Of a DNA stretch of 64,000 nucleotides, positions 36,796-50,223 are shown one piece after another. The position numbers and the translations under genes were made by a program. Numbering within the stretch: position 1 is the stretch's first letter; the number at the start of each line of letters is the position of its first letter. Source of the DNA: Psammoneis japonica (lineage: Eukaryota); assembly GCA_008632985.1 (NCBI GenBank), contig QPGO01000075.1, forward strand, positions 188,517 through 252,516, given 5' to 3'. The notes beneath the pieces are model-generated. The model did not search any database, was not told the DNA's origin, and saw only the letters and a program-made list of their open reading frames with translations.

Positions 36796-39484
36796 CAAAG
36801 AGAATCACTGGATCTGTGCTCAGGACAAGCACTCTAGAAAAAATCATCAGATGCAAACACATGGCCCGGTTGACTGGGCAAGATTGGGTTGATGCTGTTC
36901 AGCCATTCCATGCTCTCTTTTCCCTGCCATGACCAAGCTGCTTCAAAGGATGGGCCAGCAAAGTCAAGAGGAAAAACCCAAGCTGACACTGTGCTGCAAC
37001 TTGTGTGGTGTTTTTGTTGTCCTTTAAGGCATGACTTCCTGATGTTGCCCTTGGTTTGAATTTGTCAAAAAATCATCCAGAAGCAGTCTCCTTGATTCAT
37101 TGCTGATGTCTCTGCTGCATCTGCAATCTCTTCAAGCTCTTAGAATGGATTTTCCACAATCACCGCTGCAGTCCAATGTCCGTTCCCATCAACTTTGTGA
37201 AGATCCTCCAGTGTGCTCTGGTCTTTTGTTGCAAAGGCACTCAACTGCTGATGCAGCAACAGTGGGGGGCAGCAGAATGCCCAACTTCATTCTCGTCCAA
37301 ATGGACATGCAGCACCTTGCAAATCTGAAAGTTTGCATCTGACAGGGTGTGAAGGAAAGCAACACTGTCAGTTTAGCTCCCTTGTGTTGCAAAAAGTCCA
37401 CCAGAATCCATGAGGCTTTGACCATGTCTGCACAGACCCAAGCGGTGAACCCACTGAAGCAGTCCAAGATTGTGGGGCTTGATGATGTGCTGCCATGGGA
37501 AACTCTGCATCTTGAGCCATCGCAGCAAGCTCTGGGGCACTGGTTGAACATCAAAGGCCCATGCAATGGCTCAAGGAGTTTTGCCAGCTTGAGACAGTGA
37601 CTGGCTTGTGAGTTTTGTCAAAAGTGCCCTTGTCATCAGCTGATGCATTCCCAGCAATTCTCATTGATCAGAAACTGCATCTGTGAAAGTCACAAAGAAA
37701 AAGGTTTGTGAGCAGAAGGTTGTGAAGAACAAATCCACATCAGCCACAAAGGGTGCAACTTTGATCTCTCCTTCCAAGTCAACATTGTCTCAAGACTGGA
37801 CAAACAAAATGCACTCAGCCAATGTTGGAGAATGGATTCAATCACACAAGACATTGTGCACGCTGTGCTTGCAAGATGCTTCTGCAAAAGATCTGGCAAA
37901 GATTCTTGCTTCAACTGCAAGCACTTGCACATGCTTTTGTTGAACAGCAGTGCCTCCCACAATGCACGCATTTGGAGTTTTGTGACATTGCCATTCACAG
38001 GAAGATGTTGCACTGAGCATTCCTTGTTGTGTGGCAGCCCACACCCCCTGCAAATGGAAAGAAAATGGCTCACAAGAAGGCAGGTTTCTTGACTGCACAT
38101 CCTTTTGCCTTGTGTCCAAAGATGTCATTGAGGTCAACATCCAAGAGCCAATGCAGTGATGCCACAAACCTGATGACAAGCACAATCAACCCCAAAAATG
38201 CAGCTGCAAAGTGAGCGCAGGTGTCAAAGGGAATGAGCACCTGACTCAAGCAGCAGTTCTGTCTCCTGTGTAAAATGTCAGCTTGGCATGGATGTGAGGT
38301 GACAGCTGCTTGCTTGCTTCTTTGCTTGTGTTTTCATTTTCAATGTTTTTTGGGATTTCCACATCTGCCAACATCTCCATTTTTGATTTTTTGCAACACC
38401 TCATTGTCCCTTTTGTCCCAAGTGAGGGCTGTGAAATGACAGATTTCAGATTGCTCTGCCAGCCCGCTTTGTCCTTTTGCCAGCCACCCACTTTTTCCAT
38501 GCAGCGTGTCTGCCCATTTGTTTTTGTTGCAGATTTGTCATGCAGAGACTTTGTTGGCTGCAAGAGCCAATCACAGAAACAACTGTTCCTCCATGTGTGC
38601 AGTGGAAGGATTGCACTGTGTGGAGTGCAGCAGCATTGTCAGCAGTTGTGGCTGCCATCACTGCAAGGCAGGTTTGGGGGGCGAGTCTGGACAGCATTGT
38701 TCATGCCAGGGTCAGTGATGGAGAGGCAGAGGTGGTGGCAGAGGTGGTGTTGGTGGCTGCAGCAACCCTGGCATCAGCTTCAGTGCAATGAGTTGGTTGC
38801 AGGGGCTTTGGATGATCCGTTGGCCAGAACAGAGCTGCAAGAAATGACAGCTGAACAACTGCAATCTTGGACACAACAACCACAAGCCCTTTTTCTCACT
38901 TCCATTTCATGTCACGGTGTCATGCTGGTGTGGTGGTTTCTTGCTGGCTGAACCTCACAGAATGATGATTTCCCCTGACATCATGGATCACTCATGGCAA
39001 TCCACAGCAAATGCTTTGCAGCTGCCTCCTTGGAAACTCTGCTGGCGTGTTGCTGGACAAACAGATGTTGATGATGCAAAGGTTGTTCTCAAGATGCCAT
39101 TTTGTTTGCTGCTGTTTAGACGTGGGTGATCACGTTCGCTTTTCTGGCTTGGCACGCGTTTTACATGCTCACAGAATGAACTTTTCGAGATCGAGGCTTA
39201 CGTCCTCATGCACATTAGAAACGCCGGTCGAACAATCGACAGCGAAGAAAGGCTCCAACTAGTCAATCCCTTTGATTGAGGTTGGAGGATCGCACCGTCG
39301 CCTCCTTTCGTCCCAACGACAACATGCCAAAGCCAAAAAGATCGTCGACATTGATCCCCTGAACGCCGGCCCCCTTTTAGAATCAAAGTTTCTACACAAG
39401 GCTGATTCTATATCGTTCAGTCCTACGTTACTCTGAGGCCACTCTGGCTGCGAACACTAAGGCTGATGATGCTGTTGCTGCGAC

Positions 39485-40850
39485 TTAGTTGACTTCTTTT
39501 GTCGGCTTGATAGAAAAATGAAACAGCCATCGCGTTCCAAAAGCACCATCTCTGTCTTGCATCCCATGTCTTACACGATCAAAAGTTACTCCTTTTGTGT
39601 AAAGGGTGGCTTTCACACCCTTCAACCGCATCACATGCATGTCATCCTCCAATCGGCACCGAAGCACGCGTCCTTTACCGCAAGCCGTCAACACATCTTC
39701 TCCTATGGCCGCCTTGAGCGGACGAATTACATCTTGTGGCTGAAGGTAGCAGAACATGCCAGCAGAAAACACTGACAGTGTGAATTCCTTTTGGTTACAG
39801 AAGCAGGTCAGTTGAGCAACAGTGCAATGGCGCAAGTTTCTCCAAATGTTTACAAATATCAGCCTCCCCTGTATTTGGCACAACTAACAGGGGCCAGTGC
39901 GCGAGAAACCCTGTAGCTCGTCAAAACGGGATAGCTTCATGGCAACCTTTGGCTATTCGGTAGCTAATGCCATCTTTTGGAAGGATCGCAAGAGCGTTAG
40001 AGTTATCCGCCCCATGCCAGTTGGTAACATCTATCTCGTAAAAGCCGTCATCGTCGCGGAATTGTTCTAACGATGCCAACCCCATAGAGTGATGTGGCAG
40101 CAGCACCTGTCGAATAGACATGCTCGAATTGTAGTTGCTCTTCACGCTTGCTTGTCTCCGGATGAAGTAGTCGAAATCACCTGGAAACAGGGTACCCAAA
40201 ATTGGAGAGAAAACGGGAAGAAGGTTTCACGTTCTTCCAAGCAAGAGCAGTTTCCACAGTGCAGCACAGCATGGTGTGCAATTCGCCCGCAAGCGTCCAT
40301 GAAGTAAGACTCAAACCAAGCTTTTCTCCTTGGGACAACTATCCTTCGCGGCTGTTGTTCGAACTGGCGCATGAATCGTCTCGACATTCCAGCAGAAACA
40401 CAAGCGACATATGACTCTTGCAGGTAAGCTCGTGCGTGTCATCCGATCATATCAACCGCCACGAAACTTAAATCTTCCCTGTGTTCGACAATTGTACCTG
40501 GACCATATGGTGTCGCGTAGTCATCACCGGGCGTAAACGATACTTTGTTGCTGCTTTCCGCACCCCAGGAAGAGAACAGGGAGGCTCCTTCCTGAAGCTT
40601 TGGAAGCGTGGGGGGGTTGTACCTTGAAATGTCCCTGCCGTGAATTCGGGCATAAATCGGCTTCCAATTACGAATTTCACCGGTCACGTCATCGCCCGCA
40701 TGGCTCTGCGCCTTTCCCTTTCCGTCGACGTCTCCGCTGTCGTTTAAGGCACCATCCTTCCTCTTGTGCACGACGTTGCTTTGGCTCTTTAAGTGCGATG
40801 AATTCGTGGTAGTCGCATGAGGATCAGCATCAATTTCTGCATCTTGTAGT
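39485..40850 (-). pseudogene. Fragmented host-type gene with repeated T[P/A]YGxG modules
   Basis: ATPYGPGTIVEHR and VLTACGKGRVLRCR modules lie in ORF pieces broken by frameshifts and stops. Confidence 0.55.
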
Positions 40851-41180
40851 CATTCAAGGAAGGTGCGGGAACAATGATGTCGTATTGCGGACTTTCTGCA
40901 ATCAGCTCTGGCTAAAAAAACTCACTGTTGTGAGTCGATGCATCCTCGGTCACTTCAGTTTCAAGGACCGACTCTAGAGCCGCATTCTTGTTTCGCGAGC
41001 GGTATTTGCGGCTACCTCTGTCTTCTACCGGTACTGAGATGCAAGCTCGCTTACCTGCACGCCCAGAGGCCGCCAGTCGAGTGCTACCTCATACATGTTG
41101 AAAATTGGATCAAATGACTTAATGGTTGCAATCCCATATGGCGTTCTTACTTTTGGGATCATCCGGCTTTTGAGTGACGA

Positions 41181-42070
41181 TCATAGATTATGACCCTGAG
41201 CGATATAGACCTCTGCGGAGTCTTTGCCTTCATCCGTTGTGCTGGCCATACCTCCCTTCGGAGAGGGCAAACCTGTAATTTCAATGTTGGAAATGGGAGA
41301 GTTGCTGAGTGTCTTAGCTACCTTGTTCATTGGTGCGGCATTATCCTTAAATTTTGGAAGACGGGATAGGTTTGCAAAAGCCTTGTGGCGCTGCGCGCCT
41401 CGGGGGAGGGAATCGAGATGACGGTCTGGCAGTAGAGGACGGTGGCGTCGGATCACCAATTGACTTCATCGTGTCTTTCTGCAGAGTCGTCGGGTTGCCT
41501 CGTCGAGACGCTGACTTGTTTGATGTCTCTCTAGAGCTTTGCAGTACTCACTTTGGTGGTACTGCAATTAACTGTTCCAACTGCAGAAACGACAAGTTTA
41601 GAAGTGTGAGATATTAAAAATCGACTAATCATGAAGATCGAGGCGCGTCAAACGACTTACCACCATAATTTCATTGCGACACCATATCCATCCCCAGTAA
41701 CAACACCGTTGATCCCCGCACCAATTACTTTAGCTCCTACTATGCTTGTTGCATCTTCAACACCTTATTGTCTCAGAGCCCCTGTCACAGCACTGAGGCT
41801 ATCACCCAAACCTGCTCCTAAATTTTTCAACACATACCATGCAGCAGAACCCACAACATTCCCAGTCAGAAGCACGTACTGGTAGTCGCCTTCTTTACAG
41901 TTCTCGTCGCCTTCACACGATATAGTACCAGATACTTCCATTCTTGAATGCTCACCGCTGTCATCAACGTGACGAATTTCAGGCAACCGAAAAGAAAATG
42001 TCGCAAAACGTGAGAGACGACAGTCATTTTCTCGAACAAATTCACTTCGGCACGGTTTTCTTACCTTGAT
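41181..42070 (-). pseudogene. Gene remnant with intron-like signals and an internal stop
   Basis: Coding-like run ...GAGLGDSLSAVTGALRQ*GVEDATSIVGAKVIGAGINGVVTG followed by a GTAAGT donor. Product is unknown. Confidence 0.4.
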
Positions 42071-43089
42071 TTTTGCAGGCCGTATTCTGCCGAGTAGAGA
42101 GACAACGTCTTGCTGACGGGCATGTCTCCATCGCCCTCGAGTGAATCACTGTTATTGAAGGTGATTCCACTCTTGACGTGTTGAGGGCTGGCATGAGCTC
42201 CACACTCAACAGGTTTAGCTCTGTCATAATGTTGGACAAGGCCAAAATCTCGAGGGGCTTCAATAGGAAGTCCAAGACAGAGTCGCAAGGGATCGCCACG
42301 AAACATTCCGCTTTCAATCGGCTAGACGGTAAGGCTGGCATTCGCCGACACGTTGAGTCCCTCATTTGAAATTACAGTAGATACCTCCCACATTTCTCAT
42401 CAATTCGACTTTGGATTGCGTATCGAGTCCTCCCAATTGGATTTCACCAATCACAATGTGATGTCATGGAAAAATATTCACGGTCTGGTTAGTCAATAGT
42501 CGTGTTGTTGTTGGCATTTCCATAAAAGTCCAGCCAATCCAGCGCCAGACCATTGCTAAGGTACCGACCCAGGACGACTTGATTGAGTACGTACGACGCC
42601 CACAGCATTGGAGTATCACGAGCAAAATCAACAAGATGACTTGAATGCAAAACAACAGCGAGTTCTGTTTGATTTTTTGGAATAGGACTTGTTATGCAGT
42701 CATTCCAAGTGTCGACGACGTGTACTTGGCCAGAGGTAGGTTGAGAGAGCAAATCGATAAATTTTGCGGAAATGCTCCCCGAAAAGTGAATACCGGGACC
42801 TCGATACCCGGCATAATACACGAACCGATACGAGTGGATGGGTTGGAGGTATGATTAAAAACAGGTAAAAGTAGAAGCATGCGTCAGAGCAAAGCATACT
42901 TTGCTGCAATCAAATGCTTTTTCTGTCAAGCTCAACAATCAACAACACTCAACGTACTACGGAAAAGGTTTCTTTTTCACTTTCTTCGTTGGGAATACAA
43001 TATCAATCGACACAAACAACACGCCAACGCATCCTGTCGACTACTGTGGTCTGTGATGATCTCAATCCGGAGCTTTGTCATCGTCGCGT

Positions 43090-43620
43090 CATGCTGAATG
43101 CCGTGTTTGTGGCATGATGTTTGAGCTCGGACCTCGACAACGAAGACGTCACCTTGGCGACATTTTTTTCGTTTTCCACGGTTACCGTAAAGCGTACGTA
43201 GGAATTAGTAATAATTTGGAAAGTACCGAGTTCCCACGAATCTTTTACATACAAAATCATGGTACAGTAGGAATTCTACACGGATACACGAAAATGACAG
43301 TGATTGAGAAATTTAGCAACGGTCACGACACAAACAAAAACTCTCACGCTTTTTCTTTCGCGCTGTTTCGATCACAACTCGTCGTCTCGCACGATGTGTT
43401 GTTGTTCGCCAAGCAACGATTGCCGCGATCGCCCAGGATGGCTCGCCCTTCTTGCGGACAACAGAGAGCCAGCTCTTGTTTGGTGTTCCACAACTCATCA
43501 TGCTTGTTGACGTGTTGTCTCCAGGTGGCGCAGGTGTTGCCCAGTTGAGTCCAGAGGTCGGGGCAAATTGAGTGCGTCTCTCCCAGCCTTGAGTCCATGT
43601 CACTCTCGTGTCTTTGAGTG
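43090..43620 (+). repeat. Dispersed repeat copy A; the 5' half retains TpA and CpG
   Basis: 43090-43345 aligns with 48326-48596, and 43365-43520 aligns with ~49440-49710. Confidence 0.88.
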
Positions 43621-45778
43621 CAGGAAGTTGCCTGTTCGCTTGACCCGTCAGGTCACGGCTGTTGAAACAAACAGCAGCGTTCGTCTGTGAAGCAGCAAGA
43701 GCTCGCCGAGCAGATCATGCTGTTGACGGAACACAGGTTTGGGGTTCTGTCGCATCAGTGGCATGATGCGGCAAGTCTTCACTCACAGGGAGTGTTGATT
43801 TAGAGTGCGGTTGACTCGCAAGTTTTCTTGTTGTCTCCGCAGCACGCCCCCCCCCTTTCACTTTTTTTGGGTGACATTTTGTCACTCTGAAGATGTGCAA
43901 AAGCTTGAGCGCTGTCTTTTGATGACGCTCTTGAGGCAATGTTACCCCACGCTACCAACCCACATCAACTTTTGATTGGTGTGTCTCAAATGTTTGAAAC
44001 ATGCTTTGAATCCTTTTCCAATGGATGTGGAAAGACTGAAAGCACAGCACAGCAGTCTTTGTTGGCGTGTCATTCATTCCGCACGTGCGTCAATGGACTG
44101 CGATGGCGGTCGAAGCGCTTGCGATGTCGTTGCATGCTTTTTGTGCCGCCAACACCCCACTGCATCGGGTGGTGAACTGACACAAGCAACGATGAAAGGA
44201 AACTAGAAAATGGAAAACCTCTCTCTAGTCCAATTGCATGTTGTCGTCTCTGCAACACTCTGTAGAAAAAAGGAAGGGTCCTGTTCACTGCCAGGTCCCG
44301 ACCAGGCTTTGATTTTGCTGTGCTGATGACGAATGACGTCATCGCCTGGCGGCCATCATCTCATCATTCCTTTCATTGCTCCATCATGACGATTTCATCA
44401 GCTTGATCTTGTTTGTCATTCCCCAAATTGAACGTTGATGTCTCTCGGTTTTCACCTGCAACATGAGTCATGACTTGGTCCCAGAAATGACACACCGGCA
44501 GTTTCAGAGGATTGAAAGAGGAAAGTCGAGAACATCCGCGTTCAAAGCCATTCCCATCCACACAATTTCACACTTGTTGTCCGGATTTAACATCTTCACT
44601 TTCTTTGAGGCAAACACTCAAAAGCTGCCTCAAGGATTGTCTCTCTCATGCTTGATCTGCTCATTTCTTTCCGTTCGATTCTTGATGCAAAAATGCGTCC
44701 ACATGCGACAGTCACGTCAGCTCTGGTTTCCACAGTGGCCTGGTTTGCCCCATGCATTCTTTCCGTGCCAACCAGTTGTGGCATTCAACTCTAGCCATGT
44801 TGTGGCAATCCTTGCAGTGTGCAACGGCCCGGCTTCAACACACTTCACAGTGCGTGATTCACTGCACTCATGCCAAGCGGTCAGCAAAGCATGCAACCTT
44901 GTGCTGCAACAACCACTCACCAAGACGCAATCTTTTACAAAAGCAAGTCGACAGAAGCACCCATTTGCAAAACGTTGGTCCATGGATCCATTTCTGCTTG
45001 GCTGTGTGCAATTTGATTTGTGGTGCAGGCCCAATGTGGCAGGTTGAGGGAGAGGTTGACTCGATCAAGCTCTTGCATTTTTGCAAAGCTCGTCGGGATT
45101 TCGTCACACCGTTTGCAGGGCATGTTGTCTCCAAACAGCAGCTTCAATTTTCGAAGAGACTGCCAAGACGAGTTGACGGCAAATGGGTTTGTTTCTTCAT
45201 TTTCGCTGCTGGCTTGGTCCAGTTGCTCTGCAAATTGCTTGACTGTTTGCAGCTCACTGGTGCTGGTGGTGCAATGCGGAACAACCGCAACGGATTCTGA
45301 TGGCTGCCAGTGCACCCTGCAACAAAAACGTCACCCGTGCAACCCCACAGTGAATCCGTAATGAGTGGCTCAACCGTCTGCAGCTCGAAATCCTTTTGCA
45401 TGAATTCAGTTGGCAAGAACAATTGTGCAAACCAACCACATTTCATGAGACAAAAACCAGCTTCACAATGACACCCCAACTCCAAAGCACCACACCACAC
45501 TCACCTCATTCGATTCTTGTTGTTCAACAGCAACTTGAAGATGCGGCAGAGGGTTGCCTCCTTCGACATTGTGCTTTGCGAGTGACGACTCATGGAGAAA
45601 TCCCCCATCATGCCAATTGGCCGTGACTTCTCCCACGGTAAGAGGTCCACTTCCTTGCCTGTTGGTGCGTCATTGTGTCTGTTGTTTTGTCGTAGTCGAT
45701 GGATGGAACTTGGGAAGCAAACTTTCCCGTTCGTCCCGCGGATCCTCCCTCGTCTAATTCTTGCTCTTCCAAAAACAG

Positions 45779-46200
45779 TCAAGCCAACAAGGCGCACTCG
45801 CATCCCAAGCTAGATCCCGGTCGACTTGCAAGCATGTGAGACAAGATTCCAAGCTTGTTGTAAAGCCATTGCTGGTCGTCGTCATTGTCACCAGTCATTT
45901 CTCGCAACGTTGGCCACGTGTCCAACGCGGCCACTGCACCCTGTTGTGTTCTCCACATGGATGCATCAGCAACGCTGCCGTCAAAGGAAATCACAAAGAC
46001 GTTTCTGTGGGACACTGCTTGGAGTCGCGTTGTTGCACGTCCTCGCAGCATTGGTCTCTTGTGCAGATTTCCGAGCAATCGATTTGCAATGAAACACGAT
46101 GATGCGATTGCTGGGGTTGGATTCGAACAGAGCAATGAGAACACTGCTGGCCACCAAGCGAAAAGAACAGAAATCATCCTCCGATGACTTGTTGTAAAAC
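45779..46200 (-). pseudogene. Possible captured HAD-hydrolase-like gene fragment
   Basis: VFVISFDGSVAD resembles a degenerate HAD motif I; the fragment is TpA-depleted and flanked by stops. Confidence 0.35.
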
Positions 46201-47299
46201 AGCAATGACAAATGCAACAAGGGAGCACTTTTGTTGGAGGAATCATCGTCACGATGTGCCATGCAGCATCGTCACGATGCACCATGCAGCACCGGTGGGA
46301 TGGAGAATTGCGGTTGTTGCGATGACGCAAGAAGTTGAAGTCGCAAGATTGCTGATGCGAAGTTATCACGACTGACTGATCATGTGTTTCCACCACCAAC
46401 GGAAAGATTTTTGCGCGAAAGTTTGTGTCCCTGCTTGTGTTTGCCGCACGAGCTTGAGACCATCCGTGCAGGCGACAGTGCACAGATGGTCTCTGGAGAC
46501 CATCTGTGCACAAGCAGGGACATGCAACCCTGTGGTTCTTTGCAATGCAGTGATGGCTGGTGTGGATCGTCGCACCATTCGCAACTGGTGGGTGGCGAAG
46601 CTTTCAGATGTCACGTCTTTGCGCGTCAAAGACAAGATTGGCAAGGGATTTGGTGCGGGCGATGGGTGGAGTGCCGCAGGATGCCACTTCTTCACTTGGC
46701 TCTATGACTGGCCTTGGCCAAATGATGAAACCAAGGAGGTGGAGGCGTTGAGTGCATTGCTGGCTTTTGCGCCATTCTTGGATGAAGCTGCCCAGAACGC
46801 GAAGTTGAAGGCCAAGTTCCTCGTGGCCACGTGCGAGTGGTGTGGTCTTGATGCATCCTTGGGTGACCTTGTTGCTGCTGCCATGGACAACACTGACACC
46901 AGCCAATCCCAAGTCCACCCGGGGCCTTGACCCACTGTGATGGCATTCGTTGGCGCTCTTTGCCGCCCAGCCAATCTTGCATGCAAAGAAGAGATTGAAC
47001 ATGACACCAGTCCAGCTGAGTTTGTTGACAAATGCAGTGCAACACAAAAGAAGTTGAGTGGGTCATTGAACAACTGGGGCAAGTCAAGAGAGAAAGGAGT
47101 CAGGCTCAGCCCAAGCCTCCACAGTGCAGCTCACTCGGTGGACAGGAAAAGTGGCGCAAGTGTTCTGCTCTGAGTGTGCTGCATTCATTGTGGTTGCTGT
47201 CACCTGTCACTGACTCTGCCATTCTGTGTTCTCTCTGCATGCAACTGAACTTGTGTGCAAACTGACGTGGTGCACCAATCACTGGAAAAAACTGAGATC

Positions 47300-47990
47300 T
47301 TTGATGATGATGTGCCCCCGTCATTCTGGAAAAGGAGGCAGATGGCACTCCCAAGAAACAGTCTGAGAAGAGTGTGGTGGCTGTGATGCACCTCCCAACA
47401 TCAAAAACCATCTTTGATGACCTGCTTGCAGAAGCACCCCATGAATTCTGTCACACAGGCTGAAGAAGTGAACGACAGCAAAGATTTTCACCACTGGCTG
47501 ACAACTGACCCCACACCTTGGTGAAGTCACCTGAGTTCAAGCGATGCGTCATCAAGACTCTGGCAGCCAAGGAGCACACTCTGATGGAATCTGAACAGGA
47601 GGCATGCAAAGTCCTCTTGAAGAAAGACTGGATGCATGTCTGTCTGTCATGGAGGCTGAAGATGATGCCAGCAGCACTCCAGCATTGGACCATCCCTTGA
47701 AGGTGGCAGAAGATGCAAAAGCTCGGAAGAAAGCAAGGCATGGCAGCAAGCACATAGATCCTTCTGTGATCCGTGCCATGACTGTGGAGGCAGAAAGGCT
47801 TTTCAGTCTTGCATCTAAAGTGCTGGCTGATGATCGGAAGAACATGGAGCCACATCTCTTGGAAGCTGTCATGATGCTCAAGGCAAACCCACGCTGGTGG
47901 GACAGGGAACCAGTCAAACAAATGGTGAGTGGTCACTGGGATGAGAAACTCAAGGTGGCAAATCTTGATGCAGAGGAAGAGCTTCCACTG
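47300..47990 (+). mobile_element. hAT-superfamily transposase remnant (C-terminal dimerization region)
   Basis: EAERLFSLASKVLADDRKNMEPHLLEAVMMLKANPRWW matches the hAT dimerization pattern; the upstream frame is broken by stops. Confidence 0.75.
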
Positions 47991-48325
47991 AATCTGGAGG
48001 CCATGAACCTGTCAGAGCATGAGACCATGGCTGATTGGAGACACAAAACTGAACCGCGGCGCAAGTGGTGTTGTGAGCAGTTGGTGCAAAAAGCATCAGT
48101 GACAGCAGCAATCAATTGCCATTGGCAGAAAGAGCCACACATTGGTTTTGGTTGGCACAGCACACTGGTGCACCCTGCAGCACAGCAGATTTGAGCTCTC
48201 GGAGCTCACTCTGTGGCGACATCATCACTCACTCATTCACTTGTTCTGACAAAGCATCAACTTGTGTCTGTTCACTTAAATCCAAAATTTTGAGAATGAA
48301 TGAAAAATGGAACAATGTGCAAGCC

Positions 48326-48596
48326 CATGCTGAATGCCGTGCTGTGGCATGATGTGTTGTGCCACCTGCCAGCTCTTTTGAGCTTGGACCTCAACAATGA
48401 AGACGTTGCTTTGGCAACATTTTCATGCATTTTCTACAGATGCCATGAAGTGCATGCAGAAGCTGGCAACATTTTGGAAAGTGCTGAGTTCCCACAAATC
48501 TTTTGCATGCAAAATCATGGCATCAATTCTGCAAAGATGCACAAAAATGACAGTGACTGAGAAATTTAGCAACGGTCACAACACACAAAATCTCTC
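48326..48596 (+). repeat. Dispersed repeat copy B, hypermutated; continues at ~49440-49710 after an ~0.8-kb insert
   Basis: Collinear with 43090-43345; differences concentrate at TA and CG sites. Confidence 0.88.
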
Positions 48597-49816
48597 GGAA
48601 ATTCTTTCTCAATTTTGAGGACCGGCTAAATGTGCAGTGCACATTTTTGAGGTTTTGGGTCCAACAGCAATCATTGGGGTCCTGAGAGTCATCATGCAGA
48701 AATTGTGCAGGAGCACACCAGCGCCTGCCAAAAACAATTGTTGTCAGTCTGTCCATCCACTCCATGTGTGAATGTCAACAACTTCTCGGAAAATCAATTG
48801 AAATGCCATCTGATTGACAGCATTTTGACTCACATGGTGAAGGCCAACACCGTCAATCACATGGCATTTCAATTCAGCTCCCAAAAAGTTGTTGGCTCCA
48901 ATCACTCTCTCGCATGACATTGTGTGCATTTCCACACGATTTTGTTTTTTTTCTTTTGTGAAATGTTGATTGTGACCAATGTGACATTTTTGAATGATTC
49001 CTGTTGCACTTTGTGCCAAATGCACAAAAATGCACTGCTGCATGGAAACATGCCAGGATTCTGTGTGGCGTCACACACCAAAACGTTGCAGCGCACTCGT
49101 GATGAGCTTGCAACTGCAACAGAAGCAATTGGCCCTCTAGAGACAGGAAGCGACAGCCACAAAACTCACCACCACATGCATTTGCAACTGTCACCTGCTC
49201 AAGCAAGCAACAGTGCTTGCTGTTCAGTTGCTCAAACACGCAGATCTCAACAAGGTTGCGCGGGATTTCAGCCATGGCTGTGGAAGCTCACGGCAGCCGC
49301 AGACAGTGCGCACAGGGTTGGAGGGAGGCTGTGACATCATCCATCAGCGCTGCATCTGTGCAGATTGCATGCAGCCATTTTTTGTGCATTTTGGTGTGCA
49401 AAATCTGCTTTGGATGAGCACATTTAGCTGGCCCTTGCTCAACTTGGATCACAGCTTGTCATTTTGCATGATGTGCTTGTTTTTGCTGACCGCAATGTCG
49501 CAATCACCAAGGATGGCTTGCCGTTCTGGTTCAGCATGTGAGAGAAGTGAAGAAGAAAATCATGGTGGCAGAAAGTGTCTGCACCATTTGCACATTGGAT
49601 GCCCCCCCCCATCAGACCAAATCTGAGCTTCTCCTTTGGCTTCACCCAAGACATGGTTTTCTCTTGTTTGGCATTCCACAACTCATTGTGCTTGTTGGCA
49701 TGTTGTCTGAATCCCCTTGACCAACACATTCAATGTTGTCAAGTTGAGGAGTCAACTTGTCTTGGACAAGGCCACCTGCATGAGCCATGTGCAGGGGTCA
49801 TGAGTCCCGAAAAACA

Positions 49817-50223
49817 GGGTTTGGGCCGATTTCTGGTGCAAAACTCACGTAGAAAATTCGCGTAGAATATTTTGTTCGTCGTGCTTTTCCCGTGCTTTGC
49901 GAAAAATAGGCCACGACCTCAAGGAATCGATTTCAGTCATAACGGTTGACACTTTGCGTACTCACTTTTTGATGACAAACACGACGATGTCCACCGTTCG
50001 GCAAAATTCCATCATTGGAAAATGTTCACCGTGGTGGGACTGTAGTGAAGTGTTGATCGAATTTCTGAAAATGGAATTTTGAAGTGTTCACGCACAGAAT
50101 AGTGTTGCTCATGTAAAAGTCATCATGCAAAGTGTCAATGGTTTCAGGGGAAAACGATTCCTTGAGGCGTCGGTGGAGCAGAGAAGCACGGTAGAAGCAC
50201 GAGAAAAAAATCGGCCCAAACCC
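49817..50223. mobile_element. Small MITE-like element with inverted termini
   Basis: GGGTTTGGGCCGATTT and AAATCGGCCCAAACCC termini, plus internal inverted motifs cgtgctt/aagcacg and cctcaaggaatcg/cgattccttgagg. Confidence 0.7.

Larger units (their letters stand above)
31040..39110. other. Heavily decayed repeat tract, nearly free of both TpA and CpG
   Basis: Kilobases dominated by TG/CA with only scattered TA and CG; only spurious Cys/His/Gln-rich ORFs. Confidence 0.8.

Noticed and set aside
49816..49826. agggtttggg as a telomeric repeat
   Set aside because: Not tandemly repeated; it is one end of an inverted-repeat element.
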